Shown: piece by piece, positions 15,906 through 28,785 of the stretch | Layout: every line of letters begins with the position of its first letter | Position numbering within the stretch: position 1 is the stretch's first letter | The notes under the pieces: generated by a model | What the model saw: the letters and a program-made list of their open reading frames with translations, nothing else | Database searches by the model: none | Told to the model about the DNA's origin: nothing | Made by a program: the position numbers and the translations under genes | Source: Eledone cirrhosa | Lineage: Eukaryota | Assembly (NCBI GenBank): GCA_964016885.1 | Contig: OZ024751.1 | Span: 48,484,001 to 48,548,000, forward strand | Length of the DNA: 64,000 bases | Reading direction: 5' to 3'

Positions 15906-18251
15906 TTTCTTTATTAGCCACAGGGGCACAAAAGAAGGGGACAAATACAAAGGGGGAAGTTTACATACAATAAAAACGTGTAAAATATTATCACAAATGC
16001 AATTTAAAAAATTAGTCGATTTCCCCCAATAGGGGGAGACATTACATATGGGTAACACATACCCCTGAAAAAATGTGCAACCCTCATCTCCAGGAGTACG
16101 AAGAGTTTGTACTCCTTTCCTCTCCTCCTCCTTTTCCTCAACGTACAGGCTGATATAGAGAGAAGGCCCATTCACTCGGGCCTTTCTCGCCACTTTTACT
16201 CACCTTTCATAAAACTTGCTGGGGTACAGCACCTCTCTCTCCATCCTGATTCTTCTTCCAAAGTGGTATTTGAAAAAAAGAATCAGTTGTTGGCCGGAGA
16301 GAAAGGTGGCTGACCTCAGCCCTTTCAACCTTGTCCACCATACAACCTCTTTCGCCATAGCTATCACACAAAGGAAAACCGCCTCTCCTTCGTTTTTGAA
16401 GGAGGGTGGCGGTGTGATCATGACAATGGACTCGGTGGTCAACCGCATTGGTCCCACCCGCGACAATAGTCGTTCTACAGGTCAGTGACGCCCGGGCAGT
16501 GTATGAATGCGTGCGCGACGGTTTCTTCGTCTCGCACGAACCTCGGACAGATCTTTTTTGCAGGATCCCTGCCCGGGTGCCCATGTCTGTAGAGCTTGTC
16601 TCGAACTGGTAGAGCTACTCGGTAGCACTGCCAGACCAGGGACTTTTGGAAGTTGTCCATCGGTCCCGGGCGGAAGTTCCTACCGAACAGACTGGCCAGT
16701 TCATCTTCCTCTACGCCTAGAGTTTCACCGAGCGCGCCGTCGCACTTGCTGCGGATCAACCCTCTATATAATGACGAAGTGGAGTCTCCACTGATCTCCG
16801 GGTCCGCCTGCCAGAGGGCTGTGAGCGCCTGAGCACATTCGATGTGCCAGTCGCCCATTTTCCTCGGTCTTTGCTTGACCCAGGACTGCAGCTCGGTCAG
16901 CGAGACGAGTCGTGGGAAGGCTCGCCTCACGAACGGGGCCCACACCGGTTGTCCGGTGAGGAATACGTAGAGATGCCGTAGCCTGAGCGCGTGTTTGCGC
17001 ATCGTTTAGCCACGGCAGCCCCAGCCCTCCGTTAGAAGGGTGTTGGCAGCAGATAGATCTTCTCACCAAAGGAGCCCGCCTCTTCCAAAGGAATAGGAAG
17101 AGCGCGCGCTCCATTTTGGCGAGCGTTTTGGCTGGACAAGGCACGACGGTCAAGCGGTTGTAGATGGCGGACGCTATAAAAGTGTTCGCCACCTCCGCTA
17201 GACCTTTCAAGGATAGTTTGCACTCGGCCCACTTCTGGGTGAGTGCAAACAACTTGGCCGTCACTTCGTTCCAGTTCTTCTCCACCTGGAGGTCCGGACC
17301 AAACCAGACCCCGAACAGCTTTACTGGTCCTTCCGTCCAGCATCCGACGACGCCATCGGAAGGCATCGGTTTGCCTCTCCACGATCCGAGTTGCAAACCG
17401 ATGGACTTGTCCCGGTTCAGCTTCGCTCCTGTGAAACTTTCGTATTCCTTCAGTAAGGTGCCGACTTCCTCGATTTGCGAGGCGCTCGACACCATTACTG
17501 TCACGTCGTCGGCGTAGGCCGACGCCGCTTTCCGCAGTCCGGTTCCAGAGGGATGCCCTGCAATAGCTCCAACTTCCGCAGTAGTGGCTCGACAGAGAGA
17601 GGGCATCCCTGTCGAATGGATCGCGTAATATGGAACGGCTCCGAGAGGTAGCCGTTCACCTTGACCCTTGAGTAGATGTTGCTGTTGTGCATTGCAGCAA
17701 TCCAGCCCCTGAACACGGGTCCGAAGCCTGCCGCCTCGAGCACCGCATCCAGGTAACGATGGTCAACCCTATCGAAAGCTTTAGACTGAACCAAGTTGAT
17801 CAGGGCCCCACCGAAGCCGGGTTTACACCCTACCCTCTCTATGATGTATCGCATGAGGTGGAGGTTGTCGTGTATGGACCTGGTCGGGATTGCGCATGTC
17901 TGCGCTTCTCCCACCAGGTTCCCGACGACAAGCGCCAGCCTCTTTGCCAACACCTTGGCCAAAATCTGTAACTCCGTGTTTAGCAGAGTTATGGGCCGGA
18001 AGTTGCCTATGTCATCCCCCTTATTCTCGTCCTTCCTGACTAGTGTGACTACGCCCCCGGTCACAGAACTGGGAATTCTCCCGTTCTGTTGCCAGTTGCA
18101 GTAGACCGCTTCCAGGAGACCGGAGAATAAGTCCGGCATTGCTACGTAAAATTCGTAGGGTAGACCGTCGAGACGTGGAGATTTGCGTTTGTCGCATTGG
18201 CTCAGCGCGTCCCCTATCTCAGCGGCTGAAATCGGCTTTTCGCAGAACTTT
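15906..18251 (-). mobile_element. Tx1/L1-clade non-LTR retrotransposon, 5'-truncated, frameshifted ORF2 (RT + CCHC finger)
   Basis: KSPRLDGLPYEFY, NFRPITLLN, SKAFDRVDH, RQGCPLS, YADD (17505-17516), CPRF..ET..HAFIHCP; 3' end GCTAATAAAGAAA next to (CTAT)n. Confidence 0.93.
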
Positions 18252-18261
18252 GATAGATAGA

Positions 18262-19479
18262 TTTCTTTATTAGCCACAAGGGCGCAACAAGAAAGGGGAC
18301 AATACAAAGACATGCCGGGGATTTTACATACAGTCGTGTAAAAAATATAAAAACAAACAATTTCAACAATCGAAATCCCCAATAGGGGGAGGCGCCACAA
18401 ATGGGTTGTTTAATACCCCGTCGATAGAACAACCCTCAACTCAAGGAGCGTGTTGTGCAAGTGCTCCTTTCTTCCTTTTGCTCTCTTCCTCAACCTACAG
18501 GCATATAAACAGAGAAGGCCCAATCACTCGGGCCATTTTCGCTTCATTCACCCACCGTTCAGTAAATTTACTGGGGTGCAGTGCCTCTCTCTCCACCCTG
18601 ATTCTCCTTCTAAAGTGATACTTAAAGAATGGAATCAATTGTTGTCCGGAGAGAAAGGCATCTGTCCTCAGTCCTCTCAACCTCGTCCACCATATAACTT
18701 CTTTCACCATAGCCACCGTACAGAGGAAAACCGCCTCTCTTTCGTTTCTGAAAGAGTCTGGCGGTTTGATCCTTACTATTGACTCGGCAGTCAACTGTAT
18801 TTGTCCCATACGCGACAGCAGTGGTTCTGCATAGTTCCACAGGTCGCTTACGCCCGGGCATTGTACAATTGCGTGCAGAACTGTTTCAATGTCCTGCGCA
18901 CATCTTGGACACGTCCTCTTGGAAGGATCCCTGCCAGGGCGTCCGTGCCTGTAGATCTTGTCACGAACCGGTAGAGCTCCTCGGTAGCACTGCCAGGCCA
19001 GGGACCTCTGGAAGTTGTCCATAGGTCCCGGGCGGAAAGTCCTACCAAACATACTGGTGAGCTCATCGTCTTCGACGCCCAGAGTCTCTCCGAGCACGTC
19101 GTCGCCCTTGTAACGTACAATCCCTCTATAGAATGTCGAAGTGGAGTCTCCACTGATTGCTGCGCCCGCTTGCCAGAGGACTGTGAGCGCCTGAGCGCAT
19201 TCAATGTGCCAGGCGCCCATCGTTTTCGGTCTTTTCTTCACCCAGGACTGCAGCTCCGTTAGCGAGACGAGCTGTGGGAAAGCCTGTCTCACAAACGGTG
19301 CCCACACCGGTTGGGGGTCGGTGAGGAATACCTGGAGATGCCGCAGCCTCAGCGCATGTTTACGCATCATCAGCCACGGCATTCCCAGCCCTCCGTTGGA
19401 AGGGTGCTGACAGCAGACGGATCTCCTCACCAGCGGAGCCTGCTTCTTCCACAGAAACTGGAAGAGCATGCAGAACTTT
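18262..19479 (-). mobile_element. second, diverged Tx1/L1-clade copy (ORF2 C-terminus)
   Basis: ORF 18495-19469 homologous to 16100-17100 (GGLGMP, ALPVRDK, CPRC..ETVLHAIVQCP); same 3' end; flanked by (GATA)n. Confidence 0.92.
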
Positions 19480-19502
19480 GATAGATAGATAGATAGATAG
19501 AT

Positions 19503-19569
<67 letters not shown>

Positions 19570-19595
19570 ATAGAGATAGATAAATAGATAGATAG

Positions 19596-19932
19596 GTTAT
19601 CCGTCGGAACGTTCCTTTCCTCTCCGACGGATAACCTTTTTTCCCGGAACCCCCCCCCCCCCCAGTTGATGGATGCGAATCCGAAATATAGGGATAATTA
19701 AATCTCACCCAAGGTAACTCTATCTCGTGTTATTATTATTATTTTTACGCTCTTTCCTACGTTCGTCTACACACTATACATCTCATTCTACACTCCCTTA
19801 CATCTCTCTCTTCACCACCGGATCCTCTTACCCGGAGAATTACCCATCTGCATTGTTGAGGCTTCCAAAACGACCAAAAGATAATAAATCATATTATTCC
19901 ACAATGCTTCAAGCAAACTTCAATACTCACTT
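19596..19932 (+). mobile_element. non-coding element with 5' hairpin and HHR-like fold, ending in (TA)n
   Basis: Homologous to the reverse complement of 51181-51540; 14-bp hairpin GGTTATCCGTCGGA/TCCGACGGATAACC; HHR-like motif at 19660-19693. Confidence 0.75.
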
Positions 19933-20010
19933 ATATATATATATATTTAAGAGTTAAACCTTGATTAAATCTCAACCATCTACCATGTCAGGGTATGTTA
20001 TGTATCATTT

Positions 20011-20077
20011 TATTTTATCTGATGAGGACGTACTGTGGAACTCAATTCAGTACCTCTGAAATATGTATAATAAAATA
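20011..20077 (+). ncRNA. type I hammerhead ribozyme motif
   Basis: TATTTTAT-CTGATGA-stem II (GTACTG/CAGTAC)-GAAA-TATGTA-TA-ATAAAATA; 8-bp stem I. Confidence 0.8.
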
Positions 20078-20117
20078 TAATTGATCACAAGAATATCTAT
20101 TTTGTTAATATTTGGAA

Positions 20118-20204
<87 letters not shown>

Positions 20205-20933
20205 ATCCGTGCCTTCAATATTGACGGTGTAACGTTGAATTTAATGTTTGGAAATCAACATTGGTATAACTTATATACGTTTGTCTGTGTGTGTGTTTGA
20301 ATTAATAAACCATTCATGTACCTCCATATTCTATCCAGAATCCGGCTTACCTTTTCTTCTTCATTACACTACTCCTGTTAAATCCTGCCTTCATGGTTTT
20401 ATCACCCGACTCATTACCTCGCATTTCTTTCTCTTACATCATCACTCTACCAAATCCCTCCATAAACCTGTGGTTTATCTGCTTACAGCTACCTTCCAAG
20501 ATCCTAGAATGAAAGGATACAGAATACTTATTGAAATACAATGATGATTAAAGGGGAGACAACTGATTTAGATAAAGATAATATCATATTACAACTTAAG
20601 TTAAGTCATACCGCCTAAAGTTAAAATTGGCCCTCAGCAGTAAATACCTCTATGATTAGTTACATGTTGTCGTCTGTTAATTATAGAATCTTCTCGATAG
20701 ATATATGGCGCCAGCAATCAACAATTGAAAAATGTCGACTGCATATTTCTTCTCATTATTGTTATTGTTATTACTATTCTTCTTATTATTTAATGATATC
20801 AACGTTTTCTCGAAATTGTCAACAGAATCGGAAATTCTACTTATTTGTTGTGCCTTACGCCATGTTATATTGTCAAAAAATCTGAGAAGAACGGATATCA
20901 ATTGCAACAGCACCCCTCCTCTTTAGACTTCGT

Positions 20934-20975
<42 letters not shown>

Positions 20976-21170
20976 CATATAACCTCCCCCGTATATATAT
21001 ATATATATATACATACAAATATAAGCACACACGCACACATTTTCTCTTCCTCCCCCCTCTCTCTCTCTCTCACACACACACACATGCTCATATATACAAG
21101 TATCATTTACAGTGAAATCCTCTGTCTTGGCTTATCCTTTAAATTATAGGTATATCTCATTTCTGATACC

Positions 21171-21545
21171 AAAGCCCTCGTCTTGGATGCCACTTGCAGC
21201 GGCACTTTCTCCAGCCGCAACCTGGTGCAGTCTGCGACCAATCCAAGTTCTGCTGCACGTCGGACTGAGGAGGCCAAACTCTCTAAGTACCGGTAGCTCT
21301 CCGACAGGTTCGCGGTCGTGCCCTTGGCAGTGGAGACTTCTCGTGTTCTCGGCCCTCGGGCTACCTCCCTATTCGCCATCATAGGCGGTGAGCTAGCCAG
21401 CCGCAGGTGTGAGCCTCGCGAGTTGGAATGTTACTTCCAGCGCATCTACCTTAGCATCCTCTGGGGAAACGCCTTCTCCATCCTATCCGCCGGGGCTGTG
21501 GGGAGGCCAGCACGTGGGACCCCATTTGTTCACCATACGGATTAA
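21171..21545 (+). pseudogene. CRE-clade non-LTR retrotransposon 3' fragment (restriction-like endonuclease domain)
   Basis: Frame reads KALVLDATCSGTF..AARRTEEAKLSKYR*L..PLAVETSRVLGPRA..EPRE..FQRIYLSILWGNAFSIL, matching the CRE C-terminal pattern (DATC, E..K..KY, PLAVET, QR..GNA); one internal stop; AATAAA near 21570. Confidence 0.8.
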
Positions 21546-21946
21546 TAGGCAAAGTTATAAACTATTGTAAATAAAACTAGTAACGAGAAATAAAGTGTCT
21601 TGCTGAAGGACAGAACGCGTTGTTGAGAATCAAACAAAATTTAAGATTAAAACAATAACCTGTAATTCATTTAAATTATATATAAACGAGACAGTAAAAT
21701 TTATTTAAAAGCTGTAAACGGCGGTGTAAATTATTTTATACATAATGAAAGATATGGTTATGTGTTTGTGTCAGTTACATATATATCGACGTATTAATAT
21801 TAATCAAATTGTGTACACTATCTAGTCTAGACTCTCAATTTTACGTGACATCCTTTATATAATTAATATTGAATAAAATATTAGGTTGATAAACAGATAC
21901 AATTTAACATAAACTAAATAAATATCACAAAGATTCTTCGAAAAAG

Positions 21947-22011
<65 letters not shown>

Positions 22012-22305
22012 TTGGAATAGAATGAAACGAAATTTCATTTATCACTCTTAGTACGGCACTTACTTAAATGCAAGTATGTATGTATACGTACATACATATG
22101 TGTATACAGACGTACAGTAGCATGCACACACATATATATATATATATATATACATACAGGTACACATATATATATGTACGTATCAATTTAGCGGACGTTT
22201 ATTATAACGCTCGCTTTGTCCGTTTGTAAACAAACTGACAGCCTGATTTATGCCGTACGGTGTTAAGGCAACCACGACACCTTTTTGTTCAACACTGATA
22301 CAGGA

Positions 22306-22348
22306 ACGATGTACTAGTTTCAAGCTTGTTAGCTATCGTCAGCACCGT
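22306..22348 (-). ncRNA. minimal type I hammerhead ribozyme motif
   Basis: ACGGTG-CTGACGA-T.AGCT-AACA-AGCT.T-GAAA-CTAG-TA-CATCGT. Confidence 0.85.
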
Positions 22349-22403
22349 ATACCCTTCTGCCAGATGGTTGAACGTTCGAAAGTATATACTTTCCTTATGA
22401 AAA

Positions 22404-22442
<39 letters not shown>

Positions 22443-22485
22443 GAAGAAGTTTATGAAACGGAAATGCGGGTATAAAGAATATATT

Positions 22486-22601
22486 AGGTAACAATTGTTT
22501 CTATAGTGTGTGGGTTACCTATACGTCGCTATTTTATAATATAAAAATATTATCATAAATCGTAGGTACACTGTAAGAGAACACACCATGTCGTCAGACC
22601 T
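22486..22601 (-). ncRNA. type I hammerhead ribozyme motif with ~90-nt stem II
   Basis: AGGT-CTGACGA-C.ATGGTGTG..CACACTAT.A-GAAA-CAATTG-TT-ACCT, about 45 nt upstream of (TA)n. Confidence 0.75.
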
Positions 22602-23000
22602 TTATGGTAGAATGATAGGAGAATATTTTATACACTAGATATGTGAGAAAGTAGGAGGTAGGAAGGGAAGAGGAAGAGGGTAGCGAGTAAGGGGGAGGTA
22701 GTCTTAGGATTCAAGACTGCCAGAGTAGTAGAGATTGTATAGAAGAAAATGTTTTGGTAGCAGTTAGCTAAACGAGGCGTGTTTGGGTTGGCGGGGGAGG
22801 TAAATTCTTCTAGTGGTGTTGTTTGGACAAAATTTAGTTAAAGGGGTTAATGTAGTACAGAATTATAGACAAGTTTTTGGGGCTATTATAGTAGCAGGAT
22901 ATTTCCAAAGGGGTTTAAAAAACAGTGTTTAGTGCTATTATTATAAAAAGCCATATCGTGTGTATAAACATAAAAATATGAAATAAAAATAAAAATTTGC

Positions 23001-23067
<67 letters not shown>

Positions 23068-23341
23068 GAATGTAAAAGAAAGATAAACACAGATATAAGT
23101 ATATATGTGTTCAAATCGTAAGGGACCAGATTCGAGTCTGGCAAACCATATTGTTAATAGTTAGTATTTTTTTCACCCTAGCAAATCTGGTCCCTTACGA
23201 TTTGAACACATATATGTTCATATCTGCGTTTATCTTTCTTCTATATTCAATTATATTACACGGCTCAGATAAACCGCTCGCTTTCTTTGAGCTATTTAAT
23301 CGTAAGAGACTATTTTGAGTTTCTAACTCAATAATTACCTT

Positions 23342-23414
<73 letters not shown>

Positions 23415-23578
23415 GACTAAGTGATGAGACTTGTCACTCTGGAGCTTCATCTGCGCACTTTAATGAGCCCGTGAATTGGCAGGTGAAACTCAGAGAAACA
23501 GGACTAACTACTTAGCTATAATAATCTACTCTGGTATCAAGTACTCTCTTCTCTCATCAGTCACCCACATACGGATAT

Positions 23579-23647
<69 letters not shown>

Positions 23648-23835
23648 TAAATTAGAGTTAAAACTCCAATTGAAACCCTGTAACTATTAAGCTCCAAGTA
23701 TAAAATACTGAGCCGTATAATAATATATATGCAGTAAGAAACACAGTAAACCGTGTGTCTAATATTACAAGAGTTGTAAAACCACATTTGTAATATTAGA
23801 CACACGGTATACTGTGTTTCTTACTGCATATATAT

Positions 23836-23883
<48 letters not shown>

Positions 23884-24009
23884 ATGCGAAAATTAACAAA
23901 GAAAAGACAACAAACGAAAACGAGAGTTTTGGAGTTCTGTGATTTTGGTTTTATCTCGTTTTCGTTCGTTGTCTTTTCTTTGTTAATTTTCGCAAGTTTA
24001 TATATATAT

Positions 24010-24058
24010 GCTTCCTGAAGATTTCATCTGAATGAAACAGTACTAGTCCTGTAGAAGC
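24010..24058 (+). ncRNA. hammerhead motif with disrupted stem I
   Basis: CTGAAGA-T.TTC-ATCT-GAA.T-GAAA-CAGTACTAG-TC-CTGTAGAA; 3' half shared with the palindrome at 35210-35310. Confidence 0.6.
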
Positions 24059-24092
24059 TCCTTCTATAAAAAAAAAATATATATATATATAT

Positions 24093-24294
24093 AACGAAGG
24101 AAATGTGGTAAGGAACCAGGTGGACCATAACGCACCAAAGTACTCAATACTTAGGGTAGTAGAGTGGGTAATAGGAACGAGTAGGACCCCGACGGCTGAG
24201 CTCAAGCCGTTTCGACGGCTAATTCTGGACTAGAATTCAGTCCAGAATTAGCCGTCGAAACGGCTTGAGCTCAGCCATCGGGGTCCTACTCGTT

Positions 24295-24299
<5 letters not shown>
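24093..24299 (-). mobile_element. palindromic half-HHR element family P in (TA)n
   Basis: Palindrome 24171-24299 plus tail 24093-24170; homologous to 33881-34077, 44964-45058 and 49235-49442. Confidence 0.85.
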
Positions 24300-24384
<85 letters not shown>

Positions 24385-25439
24385 TATAAATGTATATATA
24401 TATACAACACGCGACCAAAAAGATCTCACCACATGAAGAGAGCCCTAGACCCATGAAGACTCCCTAAATAGACAAAGACCCGCACAGAAAATGACACTCT
24501 CACAAAAACCCCTCCACTACATACAAATCCCTGCACATACAAACCCCTCACACCACTTACTACATATATAGAGGATAAATACTATTTTTTGTTAATATTT
24601 AAAATGACGTTAAAAAGGTCGTAATACGACATACAAAAAAACATCACGGACGCAGCAATAACATTATAAAAAGCAAAACATTTAGAAAAAAACAATAAAA
24701 ACAAAATGCTTTAAAATGCAAAAAGTAAATAAGTAATGAAAAAGAAATTGCAGTCCAAACAATGTAACACTAATGAAGGTAATTAGAACAGTTGATTTAA
24801 GAAGTTGATATAGTTGATACAGTCAACCAATCAGCCAAGCATCCTTTGCCATCGCCATTTTGAAAAACGTACAGTTACTTTCAAAACTGAGCAAGCAAAG
24901 CAATCACTGCTTATTGTCCGTCGTTTTTTGGTAGTGTTATTGTGGTTGTTATCAGTGTTGTTATTGCTGTTGCTGTTGATGTTGTTGTTGTTGTTAATAT
25001 AGTTGTTGTTGTTAATATAGTTATTGTTGTTGTTGTTAATATAGTATTGTTGTTGATGTTGTTGTTAATATAGTTATTATTGCTGTTGTTGTTGTCGTTG
25101 TTTCTGTAGTTGTTAATATAGCTATTGTTTTCGTTGATGTGCTGCTCTGTTGTTTACTATCTTTGAGGGATAGTGACGTTATTTCTGTCGTCTGGTTCAA
25201 CCATATTGTCGTTGATGATGTTGTTGCAGTTGTTGTTATGGCTACTGTTACAATTGCTGAATTTGCTATGGATTTTGTTACTGTTGTTGTTACAGTTTAT
25301 TTTTTAACGTTTGAATGAGCCTTAGTAATAAAATAATAGATAGTATTATTTGTATTATTAGTAGTAATAGTATTAGAAAAAGAAGGACTCGTATCATTAG
25401 AGACAGCAGTAGTACTGTTGTATCAGTACATGTTGTCAC

Positions 25440-25508
25440 AGCAACAGTAGTGGTAGTAGTAGTAGTAGTGGTAGCAGTAGTAGTGGTATAGTAGTAGTAG
25501 TAGTTGTT

Positions 25509-25563
<55 letters not shown>

Positions 25564-25838
25564 TACTAGTGGTATAGTAGTATTAGTAATAGTAGTAGCA
25601 GCAGTAGTAGTGGTATAGTAGTAGTGGTATGGTAGTAGTAGTAGTATCAGTAGTAGTAGTGGTATAGTAATAGTGGTATGGTAGTAGTAGTAGTAGCAGT
25701 AGTAGTAGTGGTATAGTAATAGTGGTATAGTAGTAGTGGTATAGTAGTAGTGGTATAGTAGTAGTGGTATAGTAGTAGTAGTGGTAGTAGTAGTAGCAGC
25801 AGTAGTACTGGTATAGTAGTAGTATAGTAGTAGTGGCA

Positions 25839-25892
<54 letters not shown>
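25440..25892. repeat. (TAG)n compound microsatellite
   Basis: Direct inspection. Confidence 0.95.
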
Positions 25893-25894
<2 letters not shown>

Positions 25895-26221
25895 TGGTTT
25901 GCTGTTTACATGGCAGATTCACAAGGAACATATCAGGCTGCCACTGTTCAAAATGCGTTAGTGTGGTGATATCGTTAATATCACTATGATACATAGATAT
26001 GCCTGCCTGTCTCTCTGTATGTGTGTGTATATATATATATATGTGTGTGTGTGAGGTGTGTGTGAGTGTGATTTTTGGGCGTGTGTATAACAATAATGAA
26101 GTAGATGTCAGTGTGCTTGAATCTTATATCATTTTAATGATATATATATATATATATATGTATACCATGATATTAAATAAATGGAAACTATATTTATAAA
26201 ACCATATTTATTTTATTACAT

Positions 26222-28785
26222 ATATAGATCCTGGAGTAGGAGACAAGACAAAACATATAAGATGGGTAATATCTATCCTACGAGGTTACCCTTTAATAAA
26301 AGAGTTTGCATACCACAACAAATAGATGCCGAGACAGAGGCACAGTTCACCATAGCTAGAAATAAGATTAGACAAATAGTAGACCGGTATACTAAGAGAC
26401 AGAGCAGACCAGAGGCCCAACAACTTGGGAGGAAACCTGTAGAAGGCTTGGTTAGCCTCAAGCGGCGCACAAGGGATGGTGAGGTAGTATGTCTACCCAC
26501 GGATAAGTCTGGTAGGATGTCAATAGATAGCATGCCGAACTACATCCAGGCTATGCAACTCCACATCACCAACTCGAGCTAAATTGCACAGCAAACACAT
26601 GATGGGAGAGAGAAAATCCTCAACGCTCACACGATGATGTGGACCGACATCCTAAAGCCAAGCAGACGCACTGCCAACAACTTCCAGGCGTCTAACAATG
26701 GCATACCACCCTTGTATGGGCTTCGCAAAGACCACAAGACAGTCGACGACCCGACAACAGGACCACCAACAAGACCCGTATGCGGAGCAAATATAGCTAG
26801 CAACTACAGGATCTCCTACTTCATCTCAATGGTTATACGCCCCATAATCAAGATGTCCCCAGATGTATGTGACAGTACAGAGGACATCCTCAGCAGAATC
26901 AGTGAGTGCAACAAAAACAGGAACCTATCCAACTGCACAATAGGCAGCATGGATGTGGTATCACTGTACCCATCCATTAACATTGATTTTGCTGTGAAAA
27001 AATGTGTGGAGATGATCATTGAGAGTGAGGTGGAGTTCTGCGACGTCGACACAGACGAACTGGGCCTCCTACTTAGACTTACCTACGACACTGACTACCT
27101 AGACAGCCATGACCTTAGACGTTTCTGCCCTAGTAGACCCATAAGAGGTAGAACCCCCACCATAACCTCAATGGCTAAAAAGACTCCCATGGGAAGGTAG
27201 ATTGGGTGGACCAAAGCTATACGGACCCCCCCAAACAATGATCAGGTAAGAAAAATGGTCGCACATGCAATAGGGGCTAGTATCAAAACTACCCTAAAGG
27301 GCCACATATTCAAGTTCAACGAGAAGATCTACACCCAAAATGAGGGAGCAGCCATTGGCGTCAGCATAGCTGGTGATGTTGCCAACCTTTTCATGGTATG
27401 GTGGGAAAGGAGACTTAAAGATCTCCTTAATGAGAGCTCCATAGACCTCATCATGTACTCTCGTTACGTAGACGATATCAATATAGTTATAAGAACATCC
27501 CCACTAGAGAGCACTAACAAGTTTGATTGAGAACGTAGCACAATAGAAAGCATCTAGCAGAGTAATTCCATACACCAGAGTGTAACTGTAACTATCGACT
27601 ACCCTTCCAAACACCCTAACGATAGACTACCTGTATTAGACACGGAGCTCTGGATTAACACTATAGACGAGAGAGCCCAAATTCTCCACTCACACTATGC
27701 TAAACCCATGGCCTCCAAATACTTGATACTCAAAAACTCAGCAATGTCCAGTAGTGTTAAGTTTAATATTCTGATCGCAGATTTGGTACGAGTGATGAAG
27801 AATGTGTCCCGCATGTGCGACCCAACAGAAATGGAAAGACACATCCAACACTTCATCAACCGCATGCAGTTCTCTGGCTACAACCAAAGAGACAGAGTCA
27901 GAGTATACGAAGGAGCCATGGAGAAGTATAAGACGCTCATAGAACTGGACATGAAAGGAATTTGCCCATTATACAGGAGTAAATCATGGAATAGCTTAGA
28001 TAGGGCTAGACATAAGATAAGGGAAAGCCACCTCATGGTACGACAACCAGAGATACCAGAGTGTCATGTTTGTGGACGCTACCCCAGGAGGGAAATTAGC
28101 TAACCAGTGTAGAAAGGCCCTGAGAAAGACCCACTTAAAGATTAAGGTGGTATAAAAGCCAGGAACCACCATAAAATCCCTGATCAGCAAAACCTACTCT
28201 TTTAAGAAAACCCACTGTACTAATAGGAAATGTATCATATGTAAGGTAAACCCCCGGAAAAACTGTAAAACTAGAAACGTAGTCTATAGCATAAGATGTA
28301 CAGAGGGTACTTGCAGAAACATGACAACAACATACATAGGCGAGACAGCTCGTAGCATAGGTGAAAGGATAGACCAACACTGGGGGGAACTAAAAGGACG
28401 AAAAAACATCAAACAAAACACTCTACACACACGCAAACGCATGCGCAAAGAAGACAAAATAAAATAAACAAATAAATAAATATATAAACAGACTAAATAA
28501 ACATGGCGTAGAAAATACAATGCAACGGGAGGAAACAATAGCACCACTGACGATGTTGCAGGTGTGCAACGAAAGAACTTTGATAAACTATATATATATA
28601 TGTTTGTGTCTATATTGTATCTGTATTATTTTTGACCGTTGGTCAGTCAATGGCAACATTGAGGACCGAATAAATTAGATTACCGATATAAAAGACACAG
28701 AAGCGAAAAGCGAAAACCAACCAAACTGAGTGTTTTCTGTTATTAATTCTGGCAATATTACACAAATATGACCCTCCCCAAGTAT

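Noticed and set aside
23450-23505. TTAATGA-GCC..GGT-GAAA-CTCAGAG HHR-like segment
   Set aside because: Core and cleavage triplet are both non-canonical with no supporting second copy
27528-27530. In-frame TGA in the PLE RT as possible selenocysteine (reported for some Naiad elements)
   Set aside because: TAA and TAG stops interrupt the same frame, and the linker cysteines are TGT; ordinary decay is simpler
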